This document shows, one piece after another, positions 31,651 through 41,921 of a stretch of 64,000 nucleotides of DNA. The stretch is from NCBI GenBank assembly GCA_905182555.1, contig CAJJBX010000010.1:274-64273 (forward strand), in the 5' to 3' direction. A model generated the notes under the pieces. The model searched no databases and had not been told where the DNA came from. It saw nothing but the letters and a program-made list of their open reading frames with translations. The position numbers were made by a program, and so were the translations under genes. Source of the stretch: an uncultured Ilumatobacter sp. (GTDB lineage: Bacteria > Actinomycetota > Acidimicrobiia > Acidimicrobiales > Ilumatobacteraceae). Position 1 is the first letter of the stretch. Each line of letters starts with the position of its first letter.

Positions 31651-33591
31651 GTGAGCGCCAACCTCTTCCCCGACCTCGACAACGAGCGCTCCCGGTTGGC
31701 TCTTGCACGCCAATCGCGTGACCGGATGATCGAACGGCTGTCGGCCGTCGACCCGAACAGTGCCGCCGACGCGATCACGAAGGAGTACATCGAGGTCACC
31801 GTCGCTGTGGCGATCGAGGATCTTCAGGGTCCCGGCGCTGGCGACTTCTTCGGTCGGATCGATCAGGACGACGAAAAATGGTACGTCGGCCGACGCCACA
31901 TCGAAAACGATGCGCATGACCCCATCGTCGTCGACTGGCGTGCCCCGATTGCGGCACCCTTCTACCGCGCAACGGCAATCGACCCGCTCGGCATCGATTT
32001 CCGCCGCCGCTTTACCCTCAGCGACGGCGAGCTGATTGCCTATCTCGACGAGCAACTCGACGATCCCGAATCGGGCGATGTTGCCGGTGGCATCCCCGAC
32101 CCGGTCCTCGCCGAAATCGGCGCCGAACGCAGCGGTGAAATGCGCGAGATCGTTGCGACGATCCAAAGTGAGCAGGACGTCGTCATTCGCTCGGACATCG
32201 ACCAGGTGCTCATTGTCCAGGGTGGTCCGGGTACCGGAAAGACCGCGGTTGCGTTGCACCGTGCGGCCTACCTCCTCTTCGAACACCGCGCTCGCCTCGC
32301 ACGCGATGGCGTTCTCGTTGTCGGGCCGAACAAAGCTTTTCTCGACTACATCGCCAACGTGCTGCCGTCGCTCGGTGAGCGGAGTGTGCGTCAGGCAACC
32401 GTTGATGAACTGTGTATTCCTCGCGTCGAGATCACCGGCGCCGACGAGTCCGACCTCGCCCGCTGGAAGGGCTCGGCCGAGCGTCTCAGCGAACTCGAAT
32501 CGGCTGCCCTCGCAGCAATTGCTCCACCCGACGATGACCTCGTTGTGCCGATCGGTGCGCGCAACCACGTGTTCACCTCAGCGGAGATCGCCAGCTGGCT
32601 CGAGGTTGCCAAGGGCGGTAGCAGTCCAATCAACGAACGGCGTGTGCGCGTGACCGCACTGGCGAAGCGGGAGTTGCTCCGGCGTACCGGTGATGACGGT
32701 GCCTGGTCGAGGGCAGGTCCATTGAAGACAGCAATCAATAAGGCATGGCCGACGCAGAAGCCGGCGAAGCTCGTCGACAACTTGCTGCCGGGCCCGAAAG
32801 CCAAGAAGCGGGCCTGGACCCGCGCCGACCAGCTTCTCATCGACGAGGCGAACTCGCTGCTCAATGGTTCACCCTTCACCTATGGCCACGTCGTCGTCGA
32901 TGAAGCACAAGACCACTCAGCTGTGGCGCTGCGCGTGATCGGGCGACGGAGCCCGTCGTCGTCGATGACGCTGGTTGGCGATGTCGCCCAGTCGACCACG
33001 CCTGCCGGTCAAGAGCGGTGGAGCGAAGTATTTGCTCACCTCGGGCCCGCCGGCTCGAACGGCATCGTTGCCGACCTGACCATTGGCTACCGCGTCCCCG
33101 AACCAATCCTGCGCATTGCCAACCGTCTGCTCCCGCTCACGGGCGTCGATGCCACCGAGAGCCGCAGTGTTCGAATCGCAGGGCAGCCACCGAGCTGGGT
33201 TCGCAGCCCATCGGACGAACTCGCCGCAGCAGTCGCGGCGTCAACAGCGACCATGAAGTCGCGTCACAAGCTGACCGGCATCGTGGCGCCCGCCGCGCTC
33301 CACGAGTTGATCATCGAAGCACTCTCCGAGCGTGATCTCGTGGGGACCGACCACGTGCACAACCTTGAGCGATCCGAGGTTCCGGTCTTCACGGCCGAGG
33401 CGGTCAAAGGCCTCGAATTCGACGGGGTCATCGTTGCGAACCCGCACGACATTTTGCATGAAGACGGTGACGAGCCGACACCACGCGGTGCGCGTCTGCT
33501 CTACGTTGCAATCACTCGCGCCGTGCAGCAGGTCGAGTTCGTCACCGACGCTCCGGCTCCAGCCGTCATCGCTCCTGACCGCTCCGCCTAG
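31651..33591 (+). CDS. HelD family UvrD-like ATPase
   Basis: YVGR, DWRAP, IVATIQSEQD, GGPGTGKT, DEAQD, KGLEFD, LYVAITRA. Confidence 0.88.
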   Translation: MSANLFPDLDNERSRLALARQSRDRMIERLSAVDPNSAADAITKEYIEVTVAVAIEDLQGPGAGDFFGRIDQDDEKWYVGRRHIENDAHDPIVVDWRAPIAAPFYRATAIDPLGIDFRRRFTLSDGELIAYLDEQLDDPESGDVAGGIPDPVLAEIGAERSGEMREIVATIQSEQDVVIRSDIDQVLIVQGGPGTGKTAVALHRAAYLLFEHRARLARDGVLVVGPNKAFLDYIANVLPSLGERSVRQATVDELCIPRVEITGADESDLARWKGSAERLSELESAALAAIAPPDDDLVVPIGARNHVFTSAEIASWLEVAKGGSSPINERRVRVTALAKRELLRRTGDDGAWSRAGPLKTAINKAWPTQKPAKLVDNLLPGPKAKKRAWTRADQLLIDEANSLLNGSPFTYGHVVVDEAQDHSAVALRVIGRRSPSSSMTLVGDVAQSTTPAGQERWSEVFAHLGPAGSNGIVADLTIGYRVPEPILRIANRLLPLTGVDATESRSVRIAGQPPSWVRSPSDELAAAVAASTATMKSRHKLTGIVAPAALHELIIEALSERDLVGTDHVHNLERSEVPVFTAEAVKGLEFDGVIVANPHDILHEDGDEPTPRGARLLYVAITRAVQQVEFVTDAPAPAVIAPDRSA

Positions 33592-33600
33592 TCTCAGAGG

Positions 33601-34224
33601 ATGCAGATCAACGACCGCATCACCGACCGGGCAGGCCTCCGCGAGTTGTATCGAGAGCCGAATGAGCTCGTGGCGAACAAGGCGTTTGATGTGATTGATG
33701 AGACGTCGGCGGCGTACATCGATCGTTGTCCGTTCATTGTCATCTCGACCTCGAACGGCGGTGATTCCATGGACGCGTCGCCGCGAGGCGGACCACCTGG
33801 GTTCCTGCAGCGTCTCGACGATCGCCACATCGCCATCCCCGACCTGAACGGAAACAACCGGCTCGACACGCTCGAGAACATCGTTTCTCATCCGTTCGTC
33901 GGACTGCTGCTGATCATGCCGGGCAAAGACGAAACAGTCCGGATCAACGGGCCGGCAACAGTGACGACCGATGCATTGATTCTTGATGGCTTCACCGTTG
34001 AACTGCGGCGACCGAAGGCAGCCATCGTGGTCGAAGTCGCCGAGCTGTACAGCCATTGTGCCAAGTCGTTCCGACGAGGCAAGGTATGGCAGCCAGAGTC
34101 GTGGGCTGACCTCGCCGAAACTCCTGACCTGGCCGAAATTATCGGCACCCAGTTCAACATGGAGAGCGGTGAAATTCGCGAAGTACTCGAGCCGAGCTAC
34201 GTCGCCGACCTTGCTGCCGACTGA
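33601..34224 (+). CDS. PPOX-type FMN-binding protein (MSMEG_1061-like)
   Basis: DASPRGGPPGF, IPDLNGNNRLD, ETVRING, HCAKS. Confidence 0.88.
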   Translation: MQINDRITDRAGLRELYREPNELVANKAFDVIDETSAAYIDRCPFIVISTSNGGDSMDASPRGGPPGFLQRLDDRHIAIPDLNGNNRLDTLENIVSHPFVGLLLIMPGKDETVRINGPATVTTDALILDGFTVELRRPKAAIVVEVAELYSHCAKSFRRGKVWQPESWADLAETPDLAEIIGTQFNMESGEIREVLEPSYVADLAAD

Positions 34225-34236
34225 CCCGCTTACGAG

Positions 34237-35364
34237 CTAGCGGCGCCCAATGGTGACTGGAACGCGGCTCGGCTTGGAGTGGTCCATCATCGGCTTCGGA
34301 ACCTGGACCGACGATGCTGCGAGTAGCGCAGCTTCGCCGTGGCCCTTGACGCACTCGGGGTCGGGGCCGTCGAGTGGGAGGCCTGTGAAGAACTTGGCGG
34401 CCATGCAACCACCTTGGCAGGCGTCGAACTCTCCGCATGCGGAACAGGCGCCAGCCGACTGCGGCTCACGAAGTTCGGTGAACAGGTCGCTCTGTTTCCA
34501 CACCTGGCTGAAGCCGCCGTCGTCGCGGACCGAGCCAGCCTTGAACTCGTCGTGGATAACGAACGGGCAGGCGTACACGTCACCGATTGGATCGATCAGG
34601 CAAACCACGCGCCCGGCGCCGCACATGTTGAGACCCGGAAGGGGCTCTTCCCCGAGTGCATTGAGGTGGAAGAACGAGTCGCCGGTCAGGACATTCTCGC
34701 CGTTGAGGACCAACCAGTCGTAGATCTGACGCTGCTGCGCTTGCGTGGGGTGCAGGTCGTGCCAGCTGTCGGCGCCGCGACCTGACGGGCGCAGGCGGGT
34801 GATGCGGAGCTGGGCCCCGTATTCGTCGGCCAACGCCTTGAACTCGTCGAGCTGGTCAACGTTGTAGCGAGTGACGACGACGGAGATCTTGAACTCACCG
34901 AAGCCTGCTTCGCGCAGATGGTTCATCGCCTGGATCGCAGTGTCGTAGGAGCCATCGCCGCGGACGGCGTCGTTGGTGACCGCATCGGTACCGTCGAGGC
35001 TGATCTGGATATCGAGGTAGTCCATTGCCGTGAGGCGCTTGGCCTTCTCGGCGTCGATGAATGCTCCGTTGGTAGAGAACTTGACGCCGATACCTCGGCC
35101 GATCGAGTACTCAAGCAACTCGAAGAAGTCGCGGCGGATCATTGGCTCGCCGCCACCCATGTTGATGTAGAAGACCTGCAGATCATGCAGTTCGTCGAGG
35201 ACCGCTTTGGCCTCGTCGGTTGTCAACTCGCGTGGGTCGCGACGCCCAGACGACGACAGACAGTGCACGCATTCGAGGTTGCAGGCGTAGGTCAACTCCC
35301 ACGTCAGGCAGATGGGGGCGTCGAGGCCACTCTTGAGTTGTTCGACGAGTTGGGTCTTGCTCAT
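34237..35364 (-). CDS. mftC: Mycofactocin radical SAM maturase MftC
   Basis: DAPICLTWELTYACNLECVHC, TRLRPSGRG, SPASM CGAGRVVC...CPF...CQGGCMAAKFFTG...DPEC. Confidence 0.97.
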   Translation of the reverse strand: MSKTQLVEQLKSGLDAPICLTWELTYACNLECVHCLSSSGRRDPRELTTDEAKAVLDELHDLQVFYINMGGGEPMIRRDFFELLEYSIGRGIGVKFSTNGAFIDAEKAKRLTAMDYLDIQISLDGTDAVTNDAVRGDGSYDTAIQAMNHLREAGFGEFKISVVVTRYNVDQLDEFKALADEYGAQLRITRLRPSGRGADSWHDLHPTQAQQRQIYDWLVLNGENVLTGDSFFHLNALGEEPLPGLNMCGAGRVVCLIDPIGDVYACPFVIHDEFKAGSVRDDGGFSQVWKQSDLFTELREPQSAGACSACGEFDACQGGCMAAKFFTGLPLDGPDPECVKGHGEAALLAASSVQVPKPMMDHSKPSRVPVTIGRR

Positions 35365-35624
35365 TGGAGCATCTCCGATGCGTGGAGGTTGGCGAGTGCA
35401 CGCTCGAACGACGGCCAACGGGCTGCGTCGATTTCACACTCGGAAAGTTTTTCGGCGGTGGTGCCGGTGCCGTCGAGTGCTCGGACAAGCCGCACAACGT
35501 CAGGATGTTTCAGGAAGACCAGCTTCCGGTTGCCGTAGTGGTAGGCGAGCGCACCGAATGGTTCCGGGCGGAGTGCTACCTGCGGATGCAGCATCAGTCG
35601 CTGCTCGAGCAGGGAGTCGGTCAT
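35361..35624 (-). CDS. mftB: Mycofactocin peptide chaperone MftB
   Basis: LHPQVALRPEPFGALAYHYGNRKLVFLK. Confidence 0.95.
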   Translation of the reverse strand: MTDSLLEQRLMLHPQVALRPEPFGALAYHYGNRKLVFLKHPDVVRLVRALDGTGTTAEKLSECEIDAARWPSFERALANLHASEMLQ

Positions 35625-35647
35625 GTGGGTCGAGTTCGTTACGCGAT

Positions 35648-35773
35648 TCAGTACACGCCACACATGCCGTCGATGGAGATCTCCTCGACGAGCAGTTCTT
35701 CTTCGACGAGTTCGACTGCCGGAGCATCGGCGGTTGCTGCGTGCTCGGCGGGGGTCGTCGTGGGTTCGATCAT
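35648..35773 (-). CDS. mftA: Mycofactocin precursor peptide MftA (41 aa)
   Basis: Manual translation MIEPTTTPAEHAATADAPAVELVEEELLVEEISIDGMCGVY*; conserved IDGMCGVY terminus. Confidence 0.97.
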   Translation of the reverse strand: MIEPTTTPAEHAATADAPAVELVEEELLVEEISIDGMCGVY

Positions 35774-35855
35774 GTACCTACTTTACCGATTAGGCAGGCG
35801 TGGAGCGAACGCGTGGTGCGAATCCCCCAGCCAGCCTTGTGCCAGGCTGGGGCCC

Positions 35856-36587
35856 ATGCACGTGACCGAACTGTGGCGTTATCCGGTGAAGTCGATGGGT
35901 GGGGAGCAACTTGAGAACACCCAGGTCGGCGTACTCGGCATTGCTGGGGACCGCGGATGGGGCGTCTTTGATGTCGCGACCGGAACTGTGCTCACGGCAC
36001 GCAGATCGCCACAGCTGCTATTCGCTTCGGCCCGACTGGTCGATGGCGACGTTGTGATCGACGTCCCGGAGATCGGCGAAACTGCGTCGGGCGAAGCTTC
36101 GGTGGCGCTGTCTCGCTGGCTCGGCCAGGAGGTCGAACTTCGCGCCGCAGGTGATGTTGGGGGAACATACGAGGTGCCGCTCGACTTCGAGCACGACGCC
36201 AACTGGGTCTCGTGGACCGGCCCTGCGGGTGCGTGGCACGACTCCAAGTCGAGCCGCGTGTCGTTGGTGTCGACCGGGACGCTCGGCGACTGGGACCTGC
36301 GTCGTTTCCGCACTAATATTGTCGTCAGTGGTGCGGGCGAGGACGAGTTCGTCGGTCACCACCTGCAGATTGGTCCTGCGGGTTCCGGCGCCGAACTCGC
36401 CGTGTCGAAACAGATCGATCGCTGCGTGATGGTCGCCCGTCCGCAGCCGGGTCTCGAACGTGACATCGAACTCCTGAAGACGATCAATCGTGACCGTGCC
36501 ACGTTCCTGTCGATCGGATCGCTGGTTGCCACGCCCGGGAGTGTGGCCATCGGCGACGACGTCACGCTGCTCCCCGCCGACAACTGA
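35856..36587 (+). CDS. MOSC domain protein
   Basis: WRYPVKSMGGE, GDR, RRFRTN, RCVM. Confidence 0.9.
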   Translation: MHVTELWRYPVKSMGGEQLENTQVGVLGIAGDRGWGVFDVATGTVLTARRSPQLLFASARLVDGDVVIDVPEIGETASGEASVALSRWLGQEVELRAAGDVGGTYEVPLDFEHDANWVSWTGPAGAWHDSKSSRVSLVSTGTLGDWDLRRFRTNIVVSGAGEDEFVGHHLQIGPAGSGAELAVSKQIDRCVMVARPQPGLERDIELLKTINRDRATFLSIGSLVATPGSVAIGDDVTLLPADN

Positions 36588-36861
36588 ATCCGGTCAAGGG
36601 GCTGAGATGACCGCGGCGGAAATTTCATCGGCTCCATAGATGTCGGCACAGGCGCCGATCTGTTCGAGTGTCACATCGAACGATCCAACGATGCCGCCCG
36701 TGTCATCGCGCCAGGACGACTAGATCCCACAGGGTCCTTGACCGCCTCGGCAAGAACGCTCATTGGTCAGCGCTTGTCCGACTGCGATGCAGTCACAGTC
36801 GCGTTGGCCTCCCAATTCGCGACGGACCTGTCGGTCACCCGAACTTCATCCACTGAGGGAA

Positions 36862-37539
36862 CTAGGACCAGCCGCCGTCGGCACTGATGACTTGGCCGAA
36901 GGTGAAGGTCGACGCGTCGCTTGCCAGGAACAATGCGAGCTCGGCAGTTTCGCGGGGGGTGCCAAGGCGCTGCGCAGGAACCTCCGACTTCAAGCGATCA
37001 CGAAACTTCTCGTTCTCCATGATCGACGGCGGGTAGTACGTCTCGTTCTCGACGAAGTTCTGAGCGATCGCGTTGACTCGCACGTTGTGCGCCGCCAATT
37101 CATGACCAGCAGAGCGGACGAAGGCGTTCTGGGCTGCTCGCGCAGTGACGTAGCTGGTTGCTTGCGGACGCATGCGCCGCAGCGGCGACGATGATGTCCG
37201 GGCGACGATCGAGCCGCCGCCACGGTCGATCATCGGCTGAGCCGCCGCTCGCACGAGTCGCATCAGTGGGTGGACCATTGCATCAAAGCCCGCCATCCAC
37301 TGCTCGTCATCGATGTCGCGCACACGAGCGGCGTAAGCAGCAAGGTCGAGGTTGGCGACGAGTACGTCGATGTTGCCAGCTTTGCCCAATACGTCGGCTG
37401 GTTCGGTTGCTCCGATGAGTGCGCCCGCGTCAGCAATGACCTCGGCGCCTTCCTCACGGAACAACTCGACAATGGGTGGCCCCATGTACGTGTCGCAACT
37501 TGTCACGAGAACTCGCTTACCGATCAGCCGATCACCCAT
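36862..37539 (-). CDS. SDR family oxidoreductase (atypical)
   Basis: YVTARAA, NVRVNAIAQNF, GQVISADGGW. Confidence 0.85.
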   Translation of the reverse strand: MGDRLIGKRVLVTSCDTYMGPPIVELFREEGAEVIADAGALIGATEPADVLGKAGNIDVLVANLDLAAYAARVRDIDDEQWMAGFDAMVHPLMRLVRAAAQPMIDRGGGSIVARTSSSPLRRMRPQATSYVTARAAQNAFVRSAGHELAAHNVRVNAIAQNFVENETYYPPSIMENEKFRDRLKSEVPAQRLGTPRETAELALFLASDASTFTFGQVISADGGWS

Positions 37540-37630
37540 GAACTCAAAACGTACCTGGTGGGTTGTTCGGTTCTGGCATGAGCGGGGGCTGAGACCGTCG
37601 AAATTCCGAGCATCTGTCTAGGGTCGGAGC

Positions 37631-39296
37631 GTGCGCTTCGACCTCGTTCTCGACAACGCGAACATTCTCACCGTCGACCCGGCGCGGCCTCGGGCCGGGA
37701 TCGCTTGGGATCATTGGCGATCGGATCGTTGCCGTCGCTCGGGCGCGGCGAGTTGGCCCGAGTTCGATACTGCCGCACGAACGATCGACCTCGGCGGCCA
37801 TGCTTCGTCGCGCCGGGGTTCAACGACGCCCACAACCACATGCAGGCGTACGGCGCCACCCTCAACGAGGTTCCGCTTCAACGGTGGCGCGGTCCACTCG
37901 GTCGAGGAGCTGGTCGCCGCCATTGCCGAGCGGGCCTCCTCGACCCCAGCAGGGCGCGTGGATTGTCGGCGCCGGCTATGACCACAACAAGCTGGCCGAA
38001 CGACGCCACCCGACCTGCCACGAGCTCGATCGCGTCAGTCCCTGATCACCCCGTCCTGCTCAACCACACCTCCGGTCACTTCGCAACACGTTGAACAGCG
38101 CGGCGATGCGCCTCGCCCGGATCGGCGAGGTCGACGTGCCCGACGGGGGAGTGGTGGCCGTCGATGACGAGGGCCGTCCCAACGGCCTCCTCGAGGAGCA
38201 GGCACAACAGCTCGTCCGCTCCCTCGTCCACCCCCGGTCGGTCGCCGAGATGGCCACCAACCTGGGCCTCGCCAGCGATCGTTACCTGTCCGAGGGCATC
38301 ACGAGCTGCCAGGAGGCCGGCGTCGGCGGCATCCTCGGCACGGCCGAACCGGTCGAAGTTGCTGCTTACCAACAGGCCCGACGAGCGAATCGTTTGCGGG
38401 TACGCGTCACGATGATGGCGTCGGTCGACGCGCTGCACGGCTGCGCCCATCACGCCGATGACAACGAGCCTTTCTCACTCGACCTCGGCATGCACACCGG
38501 GTTCGGTGACGACTGGCTTCGTTATGGCGCCACGAAGATCTTCGCCGACGGTTCGCTCATGGGCTGCACCGCGGCAATGTTCGAGGACTTTCGATGGTCA
38601 GCCCGGCAACAACGGCTACTTCCAGATGCCCGAAGCGCGGCTGCACGGACTGATCCTCGCCGCGCACCGGTCGGGGTGGCAGGTCGCCACCCACGCGATC
38701 GGCGACCGCGCCGTCTGCTTCGGTGCTCGACGCGTACGAGGCTGTGCCCTCCAGCAGCACCCCCGAGCGGACCACCGGCACCGCATCGAACATGCCGGGA
38801 TGACCCGTGCTGTCAGACGTCGCACCGCATTGCTCGGCTCGGCGTGATCCCGGTCCCGCAGGCCCGCTTCGTCTCCGAGATCGGTGACGGCATGCTCCGT
38901 GCAATCGGGCCAGACCGTGTCGGCGACTGCTACCGGCAGCGCTCGTTCCTCGACGCAGGCATCACGTTGCCCGGCAGCTCTGACCGACCGGTGGTCAACG
39001 GCGCACCGTTGCTCGGCATCCACGACCTCGTCAATCAGCGCACGGCATCGGGCGCTGCCTTTAACCCGAGCGAGGCCCTCACGATCGAGCAGGCAATCCA
39101 CGCATACACGGTCGGGTCAGCAACTGCATCGTTCGACGAGCAGCGCAAGGGGTCGATCACTGCTGGCAAGCTCGCCGACCTTGTCGTGCTCGACCATGAC
39201 CTCACTGCGATCGAACGTGACGGCATTGGAGAAGCTCGAGTCCTTGCCACGATGGTCGGCGGCAGCTTCGAATACGACGCAGCGAACCTCGCCTGA
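37631..39296 (+). CDS. Amidohydrolase 3 family (YtcJ-like); several frameshifts
   Basis: PGFNDAHNH, SGH, KIFADGS, HAIGD, HRIEH, GSSD, GKLADLVVL across frames. Confidence 0.85.
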
Positions 39297-39313
39297 TTCG
39301 TGAGTCTTGGCGC

Positions 39314-40066
39314 TCAGGTTGCAGCGATCACCTGCTGCGCTTGATTCGCCCTGAGTGTTCCTACGGCGGTGAGGTCGAACGCGGCGACGGCGCCGACAAC
39401 AATCGTGGCGGGCGATTCGACTGCAGCGTGACCGAGGTCGGCGAGATCGCACCGCACGACCTCCTGCTCGTCAGTGGTGGCGCGTTGGATTGCGGCGACC
39501 GGCGTGTCGGGGGCGAGGCCGCCGGTGATTAACTCCGCGGCGATCGCCGCGCGATGTGCGACGCCCATCAGGATGATGATGGTCCCACCAACCTTGGCGA
39601 GCGACCGCCAGTCGATGTTGGGCTCGCCTGGGCGGCGATGTCCGGTGACCACGGTGAACGCAGGTGAGACGCTGCGGTGTGTGACCGGGATACCAGCAGC
39701 CGCAGGTGCAGCGATTGACGAGGTGATGCCCGGCACGGCCTCGAACTCGAGGCCAGCCTCGCGCAGCGCGAGTGCTTCCTCTCCGCCACGACCAAACACG
39801 AACGGATCGCCGCCCTTCAACCGAACAACACGTTTGCCCTGCCGACCGAGTTCGACGAGCAGCGCCGAGATCAGCTCCTGCGAGGCCCCTCGACCGGGAC
39901 GCTTGCCCACGTCGATCCGTTCGGCCGACTCAGCGATGAGGGCGAGCACGCCATCGCCGACGAGTGCATCGTGCACGACGACATCGGCGGCGGCAAGTAA
40001 ACGTGCTGCCTTCAGGGTGAGGAGGTCAGGGTCCCCCGGGCCAGCTCCGACCAATGCGACGCTCAC
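39314..40066 (-). CDS. cobA: Uroporphyrinogen-III C-methyltransferase
   Basis: LVGAGPGDPDLLT, RLKGGDPFVFGRGGEE, PGITS. Confidence 0.95.
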   Translation of the reverse strand: MSVALVGAGPGDPDLLTLKAARLLAAADVVVHDALVGDGVLALIAESAERIDVGKRPGRGASQELISALLVELGRQGKRVVRLKGGDPFVFGRGGEEALALREAGLEFEAVPGITSSIAAPAAAGIPVTHRSVSPAFTVVTGHRRPGEPNIDWRSLAKVGGTIIILMGVAHRAAIAAELITGGLAPDTPVAAIQRATTDEQEVVRCDLADLGHAAVESPATIVVGAVAAFDLTAVGTLRANQAQQVIAAT

Positions 40067-41859
40067 TGGGCACGCACCCGTCGGGTGGTCGTGGTCGGCA
40101 GCAGTGCCAGGAGCGATGTCCACTTCTGCTGCATCGCCCAATCTCCGAACGACGTGGTGTCGTTGGCGCCGACGTCGCGGCTGAACCGTTCGAGCAGCGG
40201 ACGCAACATGTCGGGGATCTCTTCGAGGGGCACGTCCTCACGGACGCGTTTGGCCAGCCGGTCACCTGCTGCTGAACCGCCGACGTAGACGTCGTAGCCC
40301 TTTTTGGTGCGACCGACGATGCCGAGTTCGGCGGCATACGGCCGCGAGCAGCCATTGGGGCACCCGGTCATGTTGAGCCGAAGTGGTAATCCGGTGTTGC
40401 CCGTATCGGCCAACACCTTCTCGAGGCGATCGACCACTTGCGGCAGCACACGTTCGGCCTCGCCGAGTGCCTTTGAGCAGGTCGGCAGAGCCGGGCAGGC
40501 GATTGCGAGGTTGCGTGTCGGACTCTGGTCGCTTGCGAGCGGCACGCCATTCGAGCGCAGCGTGCTTTCCACCGCTGCCCGGTCGGTAATGCCAAGCAGC
40601 AGCAGATCTTGTCGTGGAGTCACGCGTAACGCGGACACAGCGCCGTCGGCAATCAAACGCCTCAGCGCGTACCGCAGGCCATGCGCAACCTTGCCCGACG
40701 ACACCGGCAGGCCGAGCACGCACGACTCGCCGTACGGCCCTGCATTGTGTGGTGCTGCGCTGTGTCGCTCAGTGTCGTCCCAGCCGTGGTGTGCGTGAAC
40801 CTCCCATGGGGGCAAGTTGACTGGGTCGGCAAGGGGCTGGCCGGTGCGCTGTTCGATTTGGTCACGTAGCCACGGGATGCCTTTGGCCTCGACGAGGTAT
40901 TTAAGGCGGGCCCGGGCCCGATCGTCGCGGTTGCCGTGGTCACGCTGGGTCGTGACGATTGCTTCGACCACATCGCCGAGCGATTCGACACCGCCGCGGC
41001 CCGCCGCTGCGACCCAGCCAACCGGCTGCGCGAGCACTGGGTAGGTGTCGTCCGGGCGGGCATGCGACATGCCCATCCCGCCGCCGGCGAGAATCACGAA
41101 TCCTGTCACCTTGCCGCTCAGCCCGTTGGGGCCGTCCAGTGTTGGCACGATGCCGACGTCGTGGGTGTAAACGTCGACGCAGTTGTCGCCTGGCCAAGCA
41201 ATACCGATTTTGAACTTGCGCGGCAGATAAGCGGCGCCATAAATCGGCTCGACCGGGTCGATCGAATCGAGAGCTGCCAAGGCTTGCGCCGACGGCTTCT
41301 CGGACGAGACGGCCTTCTCGCCGTCGACCCACAGTTCCCAGTACGACTCGGTCTGCGGCCGGAATCGAGCAACCATCTCGGCGACGATTGGCTCGATCAC
41401 TGCGGAGCGTTCGGCGTGGGGGAGCGGGCATGCCATGACGTTGCGGACCACATCGCCGCATGCGCCGAGTGTGGTGAGTAGCGACGAGTTGATGCCGCTC
41501 ACCAGTTGGGCCAACTCGCCTTTGTGCACGACGTGGAATTGCACCCCCTGGCGGGTTGTGAGGCGCAGCTTGTTGTCGGCGAGCGATGCCACCCGGTCGA
41601 GTGCGAGCCATTGGTCGCCGGTGATCACGCCGCCGGGCACCGACGCACGCACCATGCAGGAATAGTCGAGTGGCAGCTTTTGCTGGGCTCGCTCGCGGCG
41701 GATGTCTCGGTCGTCCTGCTGGTAGATGCCGTGAAACTTGAGCAGTGCCTCGGCGTCGGCGTCGAACTTCGCTTCGTCGTTGGCGAGTTCGGCCCCGATC
41801 GTGCCGGCGAGATAGTCGCTGTCGATCTTGATCAGTTCGGCTGCCGTGATGTCGGTCAT
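40063..41859 (-). CDS. Assimilatory sulfite reductase hemoprotein (Sir/CysI)
   Basis: KFHGIYQQDDRD, TTRQ, ACGDVVRN, YLPRKFK, ACPALPTC, TGCPNGC. Confidence 0.93.
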   Translation of the reverse strand: MTDITAAELIKIDSDYLAGTIGAELANDEAKFDADAEALLKFHGIYQQDDRDIRRERAQQKLPLDYSCMVRASVPGGVITGDQWLALDRVASLADNKLRLTTRQGVQFHVVHKGELAQLVSGINSSLLTTLGACGDVVRNVMACPLPHAERSAVIEPIVAEMVARFRPQTESYWELWVDGEKAVSSEKPSAQALAALDSIDPVEPIYGAAYLPRKFKIGIAWPGDNCVDVYTHDVGIVPTLDGPNGLSGKVTGFVILAGGGMGMSHARPDDTYPVLAQPVGWVAAAGRGGVESLGDVVEAIVTTQRDHGNRDDRARARLKYLVEAKGIPWLRDQIEQRTGQPLADPVNLPPWEVHAHHGWDDTERHSAAPHNAGPYGESCVLGLPVSSGKVAHGLRYALRRLIADGAVSALRVTPRQDLLLLGITDRAAVESTLRSNGVPLASDQSPTRNLAIACPALPTCSKALGEAERVLPQVVDRLEKVLADTGNTGLPLRLNMTGCPNGCSRPYAAELGIVGRTKKGYDVYVGGSAAGDRLAKRVREDVPLEEIPDMLRPLLERFSRDVGANDTTSFGDWAMQQKWTSLLALLPTTTTRRVRAQ

Positions 41860-41921
41860 GGTCGGTCCTGTCGAAGTGTGGTGACGGTCGTGGAGCGCGG
41901 GTGGGGCGGATCGTGTAGCCA

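Noticed and set aside
31651-33591. HelR-type rifamycin resistance gene
   Set aside because: No rifamycin-associated palindrome recognised upstream; generic HelD family call only.
36590-36860. Structured ncRNA or riboswitch in the 270-bp gap after the MOSC gene
   Set aside because: No recognisable motif or convincing stems, and it lies between convergent genes; possibly a decayed gene but not assignable.
37631-39296. Programmed recoding in the amidohydrolase, M16 protease, egtB or amine oxidase
   Set aside because: Breaks are multiple, fall inside conserved domains, and show no evident slippery heptamer with stimulators; consistent with sequence error.
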